Assembly (NCBI GenBank): GCA_963795085.1
Contig: CAWCFX010000001.1
Span: 448,001 to 512,000 of the forward strand
DNA: 64,000 nt
Source: an uncultured Gemmatimonadales bacterium
GTDB taxonomy: Bacteria; Gemmatimonadota; Gemmatimonadetes; Gemmatimonadales; GWC2-71-9
Direction: 5' to 3'
This document shows, piece after piece, positions 38,059 to 47,527 of this stretch. Both the position numbers and the translations under genes were made by a program. Within the stretch, counting starts at the first letter, position 1, and every line of letters begins with the position of its first letter. The notes below the pieces were generated by a model that was not told the DNA's origin, searched no databases, and saw only the letters and a program-made list of their open reading frames with translations.

Positions 38059-38754
38059 TCAATTGGCCGAGGCCGGGGGTGTCTTCTGATAGCCCCGGAG
38101 GATGGCCCGTTCGTATCCGTTGGTGGGATCCCCGCCGGCGGCCACGATCTGGTCCACGGTGGTCGGGCCCCGGTTGTAGGCCAGCAGGGCCAGTTCGAGA
38201 TCGCCCTTGTACCGGCGCATCATGTCCTTGAGGAACCGGAAGCCGAGGCGCAGGTTGGTATCCCGGTCGAATAGCTTTGCCTCCGTGATGGCGGGGTCGT
38301 AGAACCGGGCCGTCGCGGGCCGGATCTGGGTATACCCAATCGCGTTCTTGTTGCTCCGCGCCTTGACGATGAAGTTGCTCTCGATCCGGACCAGCCGGAA
38401 GCCGAGTCCCGGGTCGATGCCTTCGCTCAGTGCTATATCGTAGATGGCGGCCGAGAGATCGGCCGGGACCTGGTAGCGCCGGGAGTACTCCATGATGGCA
38501 CCGGCGCGCTCGACCTGGAGCTTGGCCACCGCGAGTTCCCCCCGTGCCGACTCGAGCTCAGTCTGGAGCTCGCTCAACTCCCGCGCGGCGAGCTCCGAAC
38601 CCACGGGAGCCGCCTCATCCGCCGCCCGCACTCGTCCCATGGAGCCACCCAATCCACTCACCACGAGGACAGCGGCAACAACCAGCAGTCCGCGCACCAG
38701 CAGGATGCTGGTCCGGGGCCACGGTTGCCGGGCCTCACTCATCGGTTCGTGCAT
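38059..38754 (-). CDS. SLT-domain lytic transglycosylase with N-terminal TM and coiled coil
   Basis: VRIESNF, S..AIGYTQI.P.TA, TNLRLG, ALLAYNRGP. Confidence 0.88.
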   Translation of the reverse strand: MHEPMSEARQPWPRTSILLVRGLLVVAAVLVVSGLGGSMGRVRAADEAAPVGSELAARELSELQTELESARGELAVAKLQVERAGAIMEYSRRYQVPADLSAAIYDIALSEGIDPGLGFRLVRIESNFIVKARSNKNAIGYTQIRPATARFYDPAITEAKLFDRDTNLRLGFRFLKDMMRRYKGDLELALLAYNRGPTTVDQIVAAGGDPTNGYERAILRGYQKTPPASAN

Positions 38755-38784
38755 GGATCCTCCTTAATAAGTTGACAGCCGGTT

Positions 38785-39264
38785 TCACGCCCCCGCGCTG
38801 CGCCAGTCGCCGCGGGTTCCACCGGTTTTCTCAATCAGGCGCACCTGCTCGATCACCATGGAGCGGTCGATCGCCTTGACCATGTCGTACACGGCCAGGC
38901 AGGCGACCGATACCGCGGTCATCGCTTCCATTTCTACGCCGGTCTTCCCGGTGACCCGGGCCGTCGCTTCCACCCTGATGCCGGGGAGAGCGGAATCCGG
39001 CTCTACTCTTACTTCAATCGCGTCGAGCCCCAGCGGGTGGCAGAGGGGGATCAACTCCCCGGTCCGCTTGGCGGCGGCGATGCCCGCGATCTGGGCGACC
39101 GCCAGCACATCTCCCTTGCCGACCAGGTTGGCCTGGATCGCCGCGAACGCCTCCGGCGACATCCGCACCTGGCCTCGAGCCGTGGCCGACCGGGCGGTCA
39201 CCGGCTTCTGGCTTACGTCAACCATTCGGGCCCGCCCCGCCTCATCCATGTGGGTCAGACTCAC
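38785..39264 (-). CDS. moaC: Cyclic pyranopterin monophosphate synthase
   Basis: LTH....ARMVDVS.K, KGDVL, LIPLCHP, TGVEMEA, YDMVKA.D, KTGG. Confidence 0.97.
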   Translation of the reverse strand: MSLTHMDEAGRARMVDVSQKPVTARSATARGQVRMSPEAFAAIQANLVGKGDVLAVAQIAGIAAAKRTGELIPLCHPLGLDAIEVRVEPDSALPGIRVEATARVTGKTGVEMEAMTAVSVACLAVYDMVKAIDRSMVIEQVRLIEKTGGTRGDWRSAGA

Positions 39265-40328
39265 AGGATCTCCGCCAGGTCCTGGTTAAGCACCGCCAGC
39301 AGGAGCTGCGGATTCACGTTGCCCTGCGCCATTTCCCGCGCCTCTCCGACCTTTTCCAAGGCGGCCACCAGGCGATCCGGGGGGACCGCCGAAAGCCGCT
39401 CCAAGCCCGGGGATCCCGGATTCCGCCGCGTGGCCTGGACCAGCAGATCCGCCATCGCGTCCAGCGTCTCGGTGAACTCCCCCCGGGCGGAGAACGGCAT
39501 CTGCTTGAGCGCCAGCTCCCAGCCGGTTCCGTCTCCGGCCCGTGCTGATTCCAGGAGCACCAGGGCCGCCTGACCGGCTTTTCCCGCTTCGGCCGAGTCG
39601 GCCACTACGTTCCCGATGGCCCCGCGAGCCAAACTCACTTTTCGGTCCAGCGACCGGCTTTCGCCGCCGTGCGCCTCCAGGAATGTCCGGACTTCAGCAT
39701 CCGCCAGCCTGCCCAGGCGCATTCGGACGGCCCGGCTCCGGATGGTGGGCAGTACGTTCTCGATGTCCGCCGCCGTCAGCACGAAGTGAGTGCCCTCGGC
39801 CGGCTCTTCCAGCAACTTGAGCAACGCGTTAGCCGCCTCCGGGCTGGCCTCCTGCGGGACCAGCCGCTCGGCGTAGCCTATAAGGAAGAGACGGGCCTTT
39901 CCTTCGACCGGCCGGAGCGCCGCCTTCCGCCCAAGAAGGCGGGAGGTGGCTATGAAATGCCCCGCCAGTCCTTCCGGTGGGGCATAGAGCGGCTCTTTGC
40001 GCCGCTGCTCCAGTAGTTCGCCGTACGCCTCTTCCAGCTCTGCAACCTGCTTGTCGGCCTCCGATGCCTTGGGACGCAGCACCGGCATCACCCAGTACAC
40101 ATCGGGATGAGCCAAGTTCAGCACCAATCGGCACTGGCGGCAGCTTCCGCAGGGCTCGTCTCCGGGGGCCTCGCAGAGCAGGCGCTGCGCTATCCAGAGT
40201 CCGAATCGCTGCTTGCCGACCCCGGCCGGTCCGGTCAGCAACAGTAGCTGCGGCAGCCTTCCCCGGGTCATCGCCGCGCCGATCTGCCGGCGCTGCTCCT
40301 TGTGCCCTGCCAGGGGGGCCATTGACAT
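39261..40328 (-). CDS. holB: DNA polymerase III subunit delta'
   Basis: [11 protein letters not shown]...[31 protein letters not shown]. Confidence 0.92.
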   Translation of the reverse strand: MSMAPLAGHKEQRRQIGAAMTRGRLPQLLLLTGPAGVGKQRFGLWIAQRLLCEAPGDEPCGSCRQCRLVLNLAHPDVYWVMPVLRPKASEADKQVAELEEAYGELLEQRRKEPLYAPPEGLAGHFIATSRLLGRKAALRPVEGKARLFLIGYAERLVPQEASPEAANALLKLLEEPAEGTHFVLTAADIENVLPTIRSRAVRMRLGRLADAEVRTFLEAHGGESRSLDRKVSLARGAIGNVVADSAEAGKAGQAALVLLESARAGDGTGWELALKQMPFSARGEFTETLDAMADLLVQATRRNPGSPGLERLSAVPPDRLVAALEKVGEAREMAQGNVNPQLLLAVLNQDLAEIL

Positions 40329-40540
40329 GGCTACAAGCTAAGAGGAGGTTGCCAAAAGGGTAGTGGTGAGACGTGTAACATGTTTTTCAACAACCACTTA
40401 CGCGAAATAATGAACCGCCAAAATGACGGTCTGACCACTGATATACGTCTTCGCTGTGGGTGTGAGTGCTTACTGAGCTAAATTGAACGTGAGCAGGTTC
40501 TCACAAACCTCATAAATCAAACGTAGGTAATGATATGCGC

Positions 40541-40560
40541 CTTGTGATTTTAGTCACAAG
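40541..40560. promoter_or_regulatory. CRP/Rex-type palindrome in AT-rich intergenic region
   Basis: CTTGTGA-TTTTAG-TCACAAG, a perfect TGTGA-N6-TCACA. Confidence 0.6.
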
Positions 40561-40665
40561 CGATCAGGGGATGCCCCATGCCTGCCAATCGGTCAATTCC
40601 GGCGTTGGGCCGTATTTCTCAACTGTGGGGATGCTGTTGCGATACTGACCCCTATGGGGTCGATC

Positions 40666-41676
40666 TCAGGCCGATTCCGCTCGGCGGCCTGGAGGGGTCA
40701 TGCGGAAGTGCCCACGCCGTTCCCCAGCGCGGGGCCCGGGGTTTTCACCCCGGAATCGATAGCTGGCGCGCCGAGTGGCGTTCAGATGGACGATCATCTC
40801 CCCGATCAGGCCCAGCGCGATCGCCTGGACCCCGATGACGAGCAGGAGGACGCCGAATAGGAGGAATGGACGAGTCGCAATGCCGCCGCCCAGGACCTTG
40901 GTTAGCAACATGGCGATGAGACTGGTCCCACCCGCCAGTGCCAGGCCCCCGCCGAGGAGCCCGAAGAACCGCAGCGGCTTGTCGGTAAAGCGAAGGAGAA
41001 AGATCAGTCCCATGACATCCAGCAGGCGGCGGAGGTACACGCCTGGGCCGTAGGTCCTGGGGGCCATCGCAGTGGGGTGAATCGCGGAGGGCAGTTCTTC
41101 GACGGAGTAGCCCTCCCGCCGGGCTACCAGGGGGAGGAACCGGACGACGTCACCGTACAGCCGTACGTCCTGGATGAGTTCGGGACGCATGGCCCGGACC
41201 CCGCAGGCGACGTCATGAAGCCGGCCACCGGCGAGCCCGCCAACGAGCGCATGGAGAATCCGGTTCTGAAACCGGTTGATTCGCGCGTCGGTGCGGGGCC
41301 ACCGCCAGGCGACGACCAGCTCCACCTCTTCGACCCGGGGGATCATCGCGGCGAGTGCCGCCGCTTCGACCTGGCGGTACGCCGGCAGCGTTATCAGGGT
41401 CCGGCCCCGGCAATGGCCGGCTGCGACTTTGAGAATCGAGGCCTCGCTTACCGAGTGGCCGAACTCAAGCACCCGCAGAGGTGCCCCGGCCGCTGCCAGG
41501 GGCTTGAGGTCGTCCAGCAGGGCGGCGTGAGCGGGCACGGTGGCAAAAATGAACTCGAAGCTGTATCCCGCTTCCCGGAGCGGCGCGGAGAACTCCTCGT
41601 AGAGGCCGGCGAGCGGCTCCGGCCGCTCGATCACCGGCACCAGGACAGAGACATCGAGGGGCAGTGTCCCGGTCAC
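40666..41676 (-). CDS. GT2 (ArnC/DPM-synthase-like) glycosyltransferase, degenerate active site, two C-terminal TMs
   Basis: DVSVLVPV, LHDVACGVRA, LYGD..RFLP, KPLRFFG, GLIGEMI; GTG overlaps the upstream TGA. Confidence 0.82.
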   Translation of the reverse strand: MTGTLPLDVSVLVPVIERPEPLAGLYEEFSAPLREAGYSFEFIFATVPAHAALLDDLKPLAAAGAPLRVLEFGHSVSEASILKVAAGHCRGRTLITLPAYRQVEAAALAAMIPRVEEVELVVAWRWPRTDARINRFQNRILHALVGGLAGGRLHDVACGVRAMRPELIQDVRLYGDVVRFLPLVARREGYSVEELPSAIHPTAMAPRTYGPGVYLRRLLDVMGLIFLLRFTDKPLRFFGLLGGGLALAGGTSLIAMLLTKVLGGGIATRPFLLFGVLLLVIGVQAIALGLIGEMIVHLNATRRASYRFRGENPGPRAGERRGHFRMTPPGRRAESA

Positions 41677-42626
41677 AGGAGGCGCTCCGCCGCGAGCGGC
41701 AGTACCTCGCCATCTTCCTCCCGCGCCTTCCGAAGCGCCACTTCCGCGACGAGTCCCAGCAGGAGGAGGAACCCGCCCAGCACGTAGCACAACATCATGG
41801 AAGCGGGGAGCACGAACGCGTCCGACACGCTCCCATGGTCCTGCAGCAGGCCGCCCACCGAGGCCACGCCGAACACGGTGCCCAGCAGGAATGCACCCAG
41901 TGCTCCCATTCCGAAGAGGACCAGCGGCTTCTCCCGGAACCAGGAGATCAGGGTGATGGTGAGCAGGTCGGCGAGAATCTTGAAGACCCGGGAGAGGCCG
42001 TACTTGCTCTGCCCGAACTGCCGGGCATGATGCCGCACGGGGATCTCGGTGATCCGGGCGCCCGCCATCGCCGCCGCCATGGCCGGGAGAAACCGGTGCA
42101 TGTCGGAGTAGAGCGGCATGCGGTCCAGGGTCCAGCGGCGGTAGGCCTTGAGCGAGCAGCCGTTGTCGCGGATGTCCACCCGGGTAATGAAGCGAATGAT
42201 CCGGTTGGCGATCCAACTGGGCACTTTGCGCTTGAGCAGGTTGTCCTGGCGGCGCACCCGGTATCCCGCCACCAGGTCGTATCCCTCTTCCAGTTTGGCC
42301 ACCAGCCGGGGAATGTCGGCGGGGTCGTTCTGCAGGTCCCCGTCCATGCTGACGATGACGTCTCCGCCGGCCAGGTCGAAGCCCGCCTGCATGGCCTGGG
42401 TCTGGCCGTAGTTCCGCGCCAGCCGGCCGAACCGGACATGGGGTTCGGTCGCCGCGATCCTCTCGGCGATCTCCGGCGTCTGGTCCCGGCTTCCGTCATC
42501 GACCAGGACCAATTCCCACTCCGGGACGTCGGCCATGGCCGCCCGCACCGCGTTTACCAGTGGGGTCACGTTGTCTTCCTCGTTGTAGAGGGGGACGACC
42601 ACGGAGACAAGAGGAGAAGCCCGCAT
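41673..42626 (-). CDS. GT2 (ArnC/DPM-synthase-like) glycosyltransferase
   Basis: SVVVPLYNEE, VDDGSRD, RNYGQT.A, MDGDLQNDP, DNGCSLKAYR, HRFLP, G.SKYG; two TMs. Confidence 0.93.
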   Translation of the reverse strand: MRASPLVSVVVPLYNEEDNVTPLVNAVRAAMADVPEWELVLVDDGSRDQTPEIAERIAATEPHVRFGRLARNYGQTQAMQAGFDLAGGDVIVSMDGDLQNDPADIPRLVAKLEEGYDLVAGYRVRRQDNLLKRKVPSWIANRIIRFITRVDIRDNGCSLKAYRRWTLDRMPLYSDMHRFLPAMAAAMAGARITEIPVRHHARQFGQSKYGLSRVFKILADLLTITLISWFREKPLVLFGMGALGAFLLGTVFGVASVGGLLQDHGSVSDAFVLPASMMLCYVLGGFLLLLGLVAEVALRKAREEDGEVLPLAAERLL

Positions 42627-42827
42627 AGCGCACATCCTGGTATATGGCTGCATGCGGCGAGAGAGGTCAGCCGCCAACGTGCTTTACACTAGGCCGGGGG
42701 TCCGTTTCCCTCTGTGCGAAGGGTCACACCGGAATTGCGATCCATCTCCCCGAATTGCGCCGGTCTCCATCCCACATTGAAGGCGTCGCTGATTCCAGAC
42801 GATCCCATCCAAGGAGAAACGGGCCCT

Positions 42828-44333
42828 ATGCTCCGTAACCTGAGCCGCCTCGAGACCGATGCATTCGATCTCCTCGTCGTCGGCGGCGGGATTCACGGCG
42901 CCGCGGTGGCGTGGGACGCCAGCCTGCGCGGGCTCCGGGTGGCGCTGGTGGAACAGCGGGACTTCGGATCGGGAACCACGGCCAACAGCCTCCGGATCGC
43001 GCATGGCGGCCTCCGCGCGATGCAACGGCTGCTGGTGGGCCGCGTCCGCCGGTCGGCGCAGGAGCAGGCCATTCTCCTTCGGCTGGCTCCCAGCCTGGTG
43101 CGGCCGTTGCCGTGCCTGGTGCCGATCTACCGGGACCGCGGCCCGTCGCCGGCGGCCTATCGCGCCGCGTTTGCGGGCTACCGGATGCTGACCGCCGATA
43201 TCCACCGGCGCTTCCGCGTTTCCCTGCCTGATTCCCGGGTGATATCGCGGAACGAAGCGCTCACCTGTTTCGAAGGCCTCGAGTCCGAGGCCTTGGCAGG
43301 CGGGGCTCTGTGGTATGACGCCCAGGTGCCCGCCATCGAACGGCTGGTGCTCGGGTTCGTCGCATCGGCCGCGGAGCAGGGGGCCGCGACGGCCAACTAC
43401 GTCCGGGCCCGCCGGCTGCTCCTGGAGCAGGGAAACGTCGTTGGGGCGGAAGTAACGGATCAACGCACAGGCGCCAACTGGAGAATCCGGGCCCGGTGCG
43501 TCGTCAACGCGGCCGGGCCCTGGGTTGCCGAACTGGCCGAAAGCCGGACCGGCGAGGCAGCGGGGATTCCCCGCCACTGGGCCCAGGGAGTCAACCTGGT
43601 GATCAACCGGCCGCCGCCTCCCGTCGCCATCGGGATTCGTTCCCCGTGGGGCCGGGATCGGGACCCGGTCATGGGCGGCCACCGATACCTGTTCATGGCG
43701 GGGTGGAATGGAACGACGCTGGCGGGCACCTCTTATCGATTCGCGGCCGGGAACGGACCGTCGCTGTCCCGGCAGGTCAGGGAACTGGTCGAGGAATGGA
43801 ACGAGGCCAGCCCTGGTCTCAAGCTCGGCCTCGACGAAGTGAGCCATCCGCATTGCGGCCGTCTTCCGCTCCGGGACGGCATGGAGCCGGGCCGCCCGAC
43901 CGCGCTGATGGACCACGGGACGGTGGTGGAGCATGGCCGACAGGGACTGCGCGGGTTGGTGACGGTCATCGGGACCAAGTTCACTACCGCTCGCCACCTC
44001 GCGGCCACTACGGTGAGTGCGGTGCAGCGGCTGCTGGGGTTGCCGGTGACGGATTCGCCGACCGACCTCGTCCCGCTCACGATCGGCGCTCCGCCGGACG
44101 GCCTGGACGGGAAGATCCGCTACGCGATTCGTGAGGAGATGGCTCAGACCCTGGAGGACATCGTGATGCGACGGCTCGAGTCCGCGCCGACCCGCTGCCC
44201 GCCGGTCAGCCAGCTGGGCCGGGTGGCCGATATTGCCGGGGCCGAACTGGGCTGGACTGAACACCAGACCAACGAAGAAATCCACCAGGTGCTGGGGCGT
44301 TTCCTGCCCGGCGGAGTGACGCGCGCCGCATGA
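42828..44333 (+). CDS. FAD-dependent oxidoreductase, glycerol-3-phosphate dehydrogenase (GlpD)-like
   Basis: FDLLVVGGGIHG, DFGSGT..NS.RI.HGGLR, VVNAAGPW, KFTTAR, E.A.TL.D.V.RR; AAGGAG upstream. Confidence 0.85.
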   Translation: MLRNLSRLETDAFDLLVVGGGIHGAAVAWDASLRGLRVALVEQRDFGSGTTANSLRIAHGGLRAMQRLLVGRVRRSAQEQAILLRLAPSLVRPLPCLVPIYRDRGPSPAAYRAAFAGYRMLTADIHRRFRVSLPDSRVISRNEALTCFEGLESEALAGGALWYDAQVPAIERLVLGFVASAAEQGAATANYVRARRLLLEQGNVVGAEVTDQRTGANWRIRARCVVNAAGPWVAELAESRTGEAAGIPRHWAQGVNLVINRPPPPVAIGIRSPWGRDRDPVMGGHRYLFMAGWNGTTLAGTSYRFAAGNGPSLSRQVRELVEEWNEASPGLKLGLDEVSHPHCGRLPLRDGMEPGRPTALMDHGTVVEHGRQGLRGLVTVIGTKFTTARHLAATTVSAVQRLLGLPVTDSPTDLVPLTIGAPPDGLDGKIRYAIREEMAQTLEDIVMRRLESAPTRCPPVSQLGRVADIAGAELGWTEHQTNEEIHQVLGRFLPGGVTRAA

Positions 44334-45511
44334 GAATACTCGTCCTTGCTCCCCACCCGTTCTTTCAGCCCCGGGGCACGCCCATCGCCGTCCGGGAACT
44401 TCTCTATTTCCTGAGCGCCGAGGGCCACCACGTCGACGTGCTGACGTACCACGAAGGCGAGGACGTGGTCATCCCCAATTGCCGGATTATCAGGATCCCG
44501 CGCGTGCCCTTCGTGCGGGGGGTGCGTCCCGGCTTTTCGCTCAAGAAGCTGGCCTGTGACGCGGTAATGTTTCGGGCACTTCCCCGTCTGATGCGGGAGA
44601 CCCGGTACGACCTCGTGCATGCCGTGGAAGAATCGGTCTTCATGGCGGCCGCAATGCGGCGACTCTTCGGGGTTCCGTATGTGTACGACATGGACTCCGC
44701 CCTGAGCGACCAGATGGTGGAAAAACACGGCGCGCTGGCGCCGATCCGGCGCTGGATGCAGCGGGTCGAGGAGGGGGCGGTCCGGGCGAGCCTCGGCGTA
44801 CTGGCGGTCTGTCCCGCCCTGGTCGATAAAGCCCGCCGCTATGACGGCGACAAGCTGGTGGCCTGCGTGGAGGATTCCAGCCTGCTTGGTCCGGTCCCCA
44901 GTGAGGTGGAGCGCATCCGGCCCGACTTCGGGCCCCGATATCCCCTTTTTCTTTATGTAGGGAACCTGGAGCGCTACCAGGGCGTGGACCTGCTGCTGGA
45001 GAGCTTCGCGGAGGCGCTGGGTGAGATTCCAGCGGCCCGGCTGGCGATCATCGGCGGGCTGCCCTCGGACCTTGCCCATTATCGCCGCCGGGCGGAGGAC
45101 CTGGGTCTTCGCGACAAGGTCTATTTCATGGGGCCCCGGCCCATCAGCCAGTTGGCCGGGTACCTGAGCCAGGCTGATGTGCTGGTCTCACCCCGGCTCC
45201 TGGGCAACAATACGCCGATGAAAGTTTACAGCTACCTCGATTCGGGTGTGCCTATCCTGGCCACCCGGCTGCCGACCCACACCCAGGTGCTCGATGAGAC
45301 CATTGCCTGCCTGGCCGAGGCGGAGCCGTTCGCTTTCGGCCGGGCAATGGCGCAGCTCGCGATGGACCGCCCCCGCCGTGAGGCGCTGGCCCGGCGGGCC
45401 CGGCAACGGGTACAGCGGGATTTCACGCCGGAAGCCACCCGCCGGAAACTGCGCGAATTCTACGGCCGGATCAGTTCCGAGGTGACGCTGACCGAGGCGG
45501 TCGCGTCATGA
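44330..45511 (+). CDS. GT4 family glycosyltransferase
   Basis: PFFQPRGTPI, YVGNLERYQGVDLL, ADVLVSPR, PMKVYSYL.SG.PI. Confidence 0.9.
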   Translation: MRILVLAPHPFFQPRGTPIAVRELLYFLSAEGHHVDVLTYHEGEDVVIPNCRIIRIPRVPFVRGVRPGFSLKKLACDAVMFRALPRLMRETRYDLVHAVEESVFMAAAMRRLFGVPYVYDMDSALSDQMVEKHGALAPIRRWMQRVEEGAVRASLGVLAVCPALVDKARRYDGDKLVACVEDSSLLGPVPSEVERIRPDFGPRYPLFLYVGNLERYQGVDLLLESFAEALGEIPAARLAIIGGLPSDLAHYRRRAEDLGLRDKVYFMGPRPISQLAGYLSQADVLVSPRLLGNNTPMKVYSYLDSGVPILATRLPTHTQVLDETIACLAEAEPFAFGRAMAQLAMDRPRREALARRARQRVQRDFTPEATRRKLREFYGRISSEVTLTEAVAS

Positions 45512-46368
45512 GCCAGGTCGAACAGGCGCTCGCCCTCTTCAGGAAGTCGGTCCTCAAGCAGGCCAAGTTCGAGCAGATCTCGGAACTGATGGACGATCCG
45601 GGCGGCAGGGCGAACCTGGACCTGGGAGGGGACAATGGCGTGCTCAGCCTGCTGCTCCGTCAGAAGGGCGGGACCTGGAGCAGCGGCGACCTCGACGAGC
45701 AGACGGTCCGCGCCATCCAGTCGCTGGTGGGCGACCGGGTGTACCGGCTGGACGGGAAGACGCTACCGTTTCCGGATAACTCCCTGGACCAGATCGTCGT
45801 CATCGACTACCTGGAGCATGTCCGGGAGGACCGGGCCACGGTCCGGGAGTTCCGCCGGGTGCTCCGGCCCGGGGGCACCCTGGTCATCAACGTGCCGCAT
45901 CCCAAACCGGGGAGCCTGCTCACCCGGATCCGGGACGCCATCGGGCTGACCGACGCCTGGCACGGCCATGTCCGGCCGGGTTACACCGAGCGCGACCTGG
46001 CGGCCCTGCTCGCCCCCGCGTTCAAGATGGAGAAGTCCCGGACCTATTCCCGCTCCTTCTCCGAGGGAATTGATACGGCCCTCAACGGAATGTACGAGCG
46101 GATCCGCGGCAGGCGGCGGGCCGTGACCCGGAAAGGCACGGTGATTACCGGCCATGAAATGAACCAGCACCGGGGAGCCTTCCGGCTGATGGCCATGATC
46201 CATCCAGTCCTCTGGCTGATCTCCCGCCTCGACCACCTGCTGGTCGGGCAGGTCGGCTACAAGCTGGTCGTGCGGGCCCGGCTGGTGGACAAGCCCGCCG
46301 AGAACAGCCGCCGCCACTCCCGTCTCGAGCAGGTTCGGGATATCGCGCCCGCCGCTATCGCGGGGTGA
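45508..46368 (+). CDS. Class I SAM-dependent methyltransferase
   Basis: LDLGGDNG, LPFPDNSLD, LEHV, RVLRPGG, GHVRPGY. Confidence 0.88.
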   Translation: MSQVEQALALFRKSVLKQAKFEQISELMDDPGGRANLDLGGDNGVLSLLLRQKGGTWSSGDLDEQTVRAIQSLVGDRVYRLDGKTLPFPDNSLDQIVVIDYLEHVREDRATVREFRRVLRPGGTLVINVPHPKPGSLLTRIRDAIGLTDAWHGHVRPGYTERDLAALLAPAFKMEKSRTYSRSFSEGIDTALNGMYERIRGRRRAVTRKGTVITGHEMNQHRGAFRLMAMIHPVLWLISRLDHLLVGQVGYKLVVRARLVDKPAENSRRHSRLEQVRDIAPAAIAG

Positions 46369-46474
46369 CCACCGTCACTTTCCATGGCCTGCCATCATCC
46401 GCAAGTTGCACCGTCTCTGCACCGGCGCCGAATCGCCGTGTCGTATTGTTTCCCGGGGAAGCGTAATTGCACGC

Positions 46475-47527
46475 ATGACTCAGCCTTTGCCGCTCCTTGG
46501 GGGCACCATTCTCGTAACCGGCGGCACCGGCTTCACCGGGTCGCACCTTGTGGCCTCGCTGGCCCGTGATTTCAGCCGGGTCCGGGTGCTCACCCGGTCG
46601 GCGGCCCGCGCCACCGGCACCTTGCCGAACGGGGTGGAGGTCATCGAGGGAGACATCACCGACCCCTCGGTGGTGGACCGGGCGGTCGAGGGATGCGAGG
46701 TAGTTTTCAACCTGGCGGCGGCATTCCGGGAACCCAAGATCACGCCGGAGCGATATACCGCCGTGCACGTGGAAGGCACCCGGCATCTGCTCGATGCCTC
46801 GATCCGCCACGGGGTCCGCCGGTTTGTCCATTGCAGCACCGTTGGCGTCCTGAGCCACATCGATAACCCGCCGGCAGACGAAACCTGGGACTACGCACCC
46901 GGTGATATCTACCAGTCCACCAAGGCGGAGGGCGAACGGCTGGCGCTGGCCTACGCGCGGGAGAAGGGCGCCCCCGTCGTCGTCGCGCGCCCGACGCCCA
47001 TCTACGGTCCCGGTGACCTTCGGCTGCTCAAGCTTTTCCGGATGATCTCCAAGCGCCGCTTCGTAATGCTGGGGGACGGCGAGGTGTACTTCCACCTGGT
47101 CCACGTGGAGGATCTGGTGCGGGGCCTGCGGCTGCTGGCAGCCCACCCTGCTGCGGTGGGAGAGATCTATACGCTGGGAGGCTCCGAGTACCGAACTCTG
47201 AACGAAGTGGTCCGCCTGATCGCGGATTCGCTGGGTGTGGCGCGGCCGCGGCTGCACCTCCCCGCCAAACCGTTCCAGGTGCTGGGTACCGCCTGCGAGA
47301 GGGTCTGCATACCGCTGGGCATTTCGCCCCCGATCTACCGGCGGCGGGTGGACTTCTTCACCAAGAGCCGGGCGTTCTCGATTGCCAAGGCCCGGTCACT
47401 GGGCTACCAACCTTCGATTGACCTGCCGAGCGGGATCAGGGAGACGATTGACTGGTATCGGCAGAACGGGTTGCTTCCACCCGCATCCCAGCCGCGATCG
47501 GCCGCGCAGCTGGTGGGTGGCCATTGA
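46475..47527 (+). CDS. NAD-dependent epimerase/dehydratase
   Basis: VTGGTGFTG, CSTVGV, YQSTK, IYGPGD. Confidence 0.92.
   Translation: MTQPLPLLGGTILVTGGTGFTGSHLVASLARDFSRVRVLTRSAARATGTLPNGVEVIEGDITDPSVVDRAVEGCEVVFNLAAAFREPKITPERYTAVHVEGTRHLLDASIRHGVRRFVHCSTVGVLSHIDNPPADETWDYAPGDIYQSTKAEGERLALAYAREKGAPVVVARPTPIYGPGDLRLLKLFRMISKRRFVMLGDGEVYFHLVHVEDLVRGLRLLAAHPAAVGEIYTLGGSEYRTLNEVVRLIADSLGVARPRLHLPAKPFQVLGTACERVCIPLGISPPIYRRRVDFFTKSRAFSIAKARSLGYQPSIDLPSGIRETIDWYRQNGLLPPASQPRSAAQLVGGH

Noticed and set aside
40329..40640. Replication origin
   Set aside because: AT-rich, but no DnaA boxes (TTATCCACA-like) and no dnaA/dnaN context seen.
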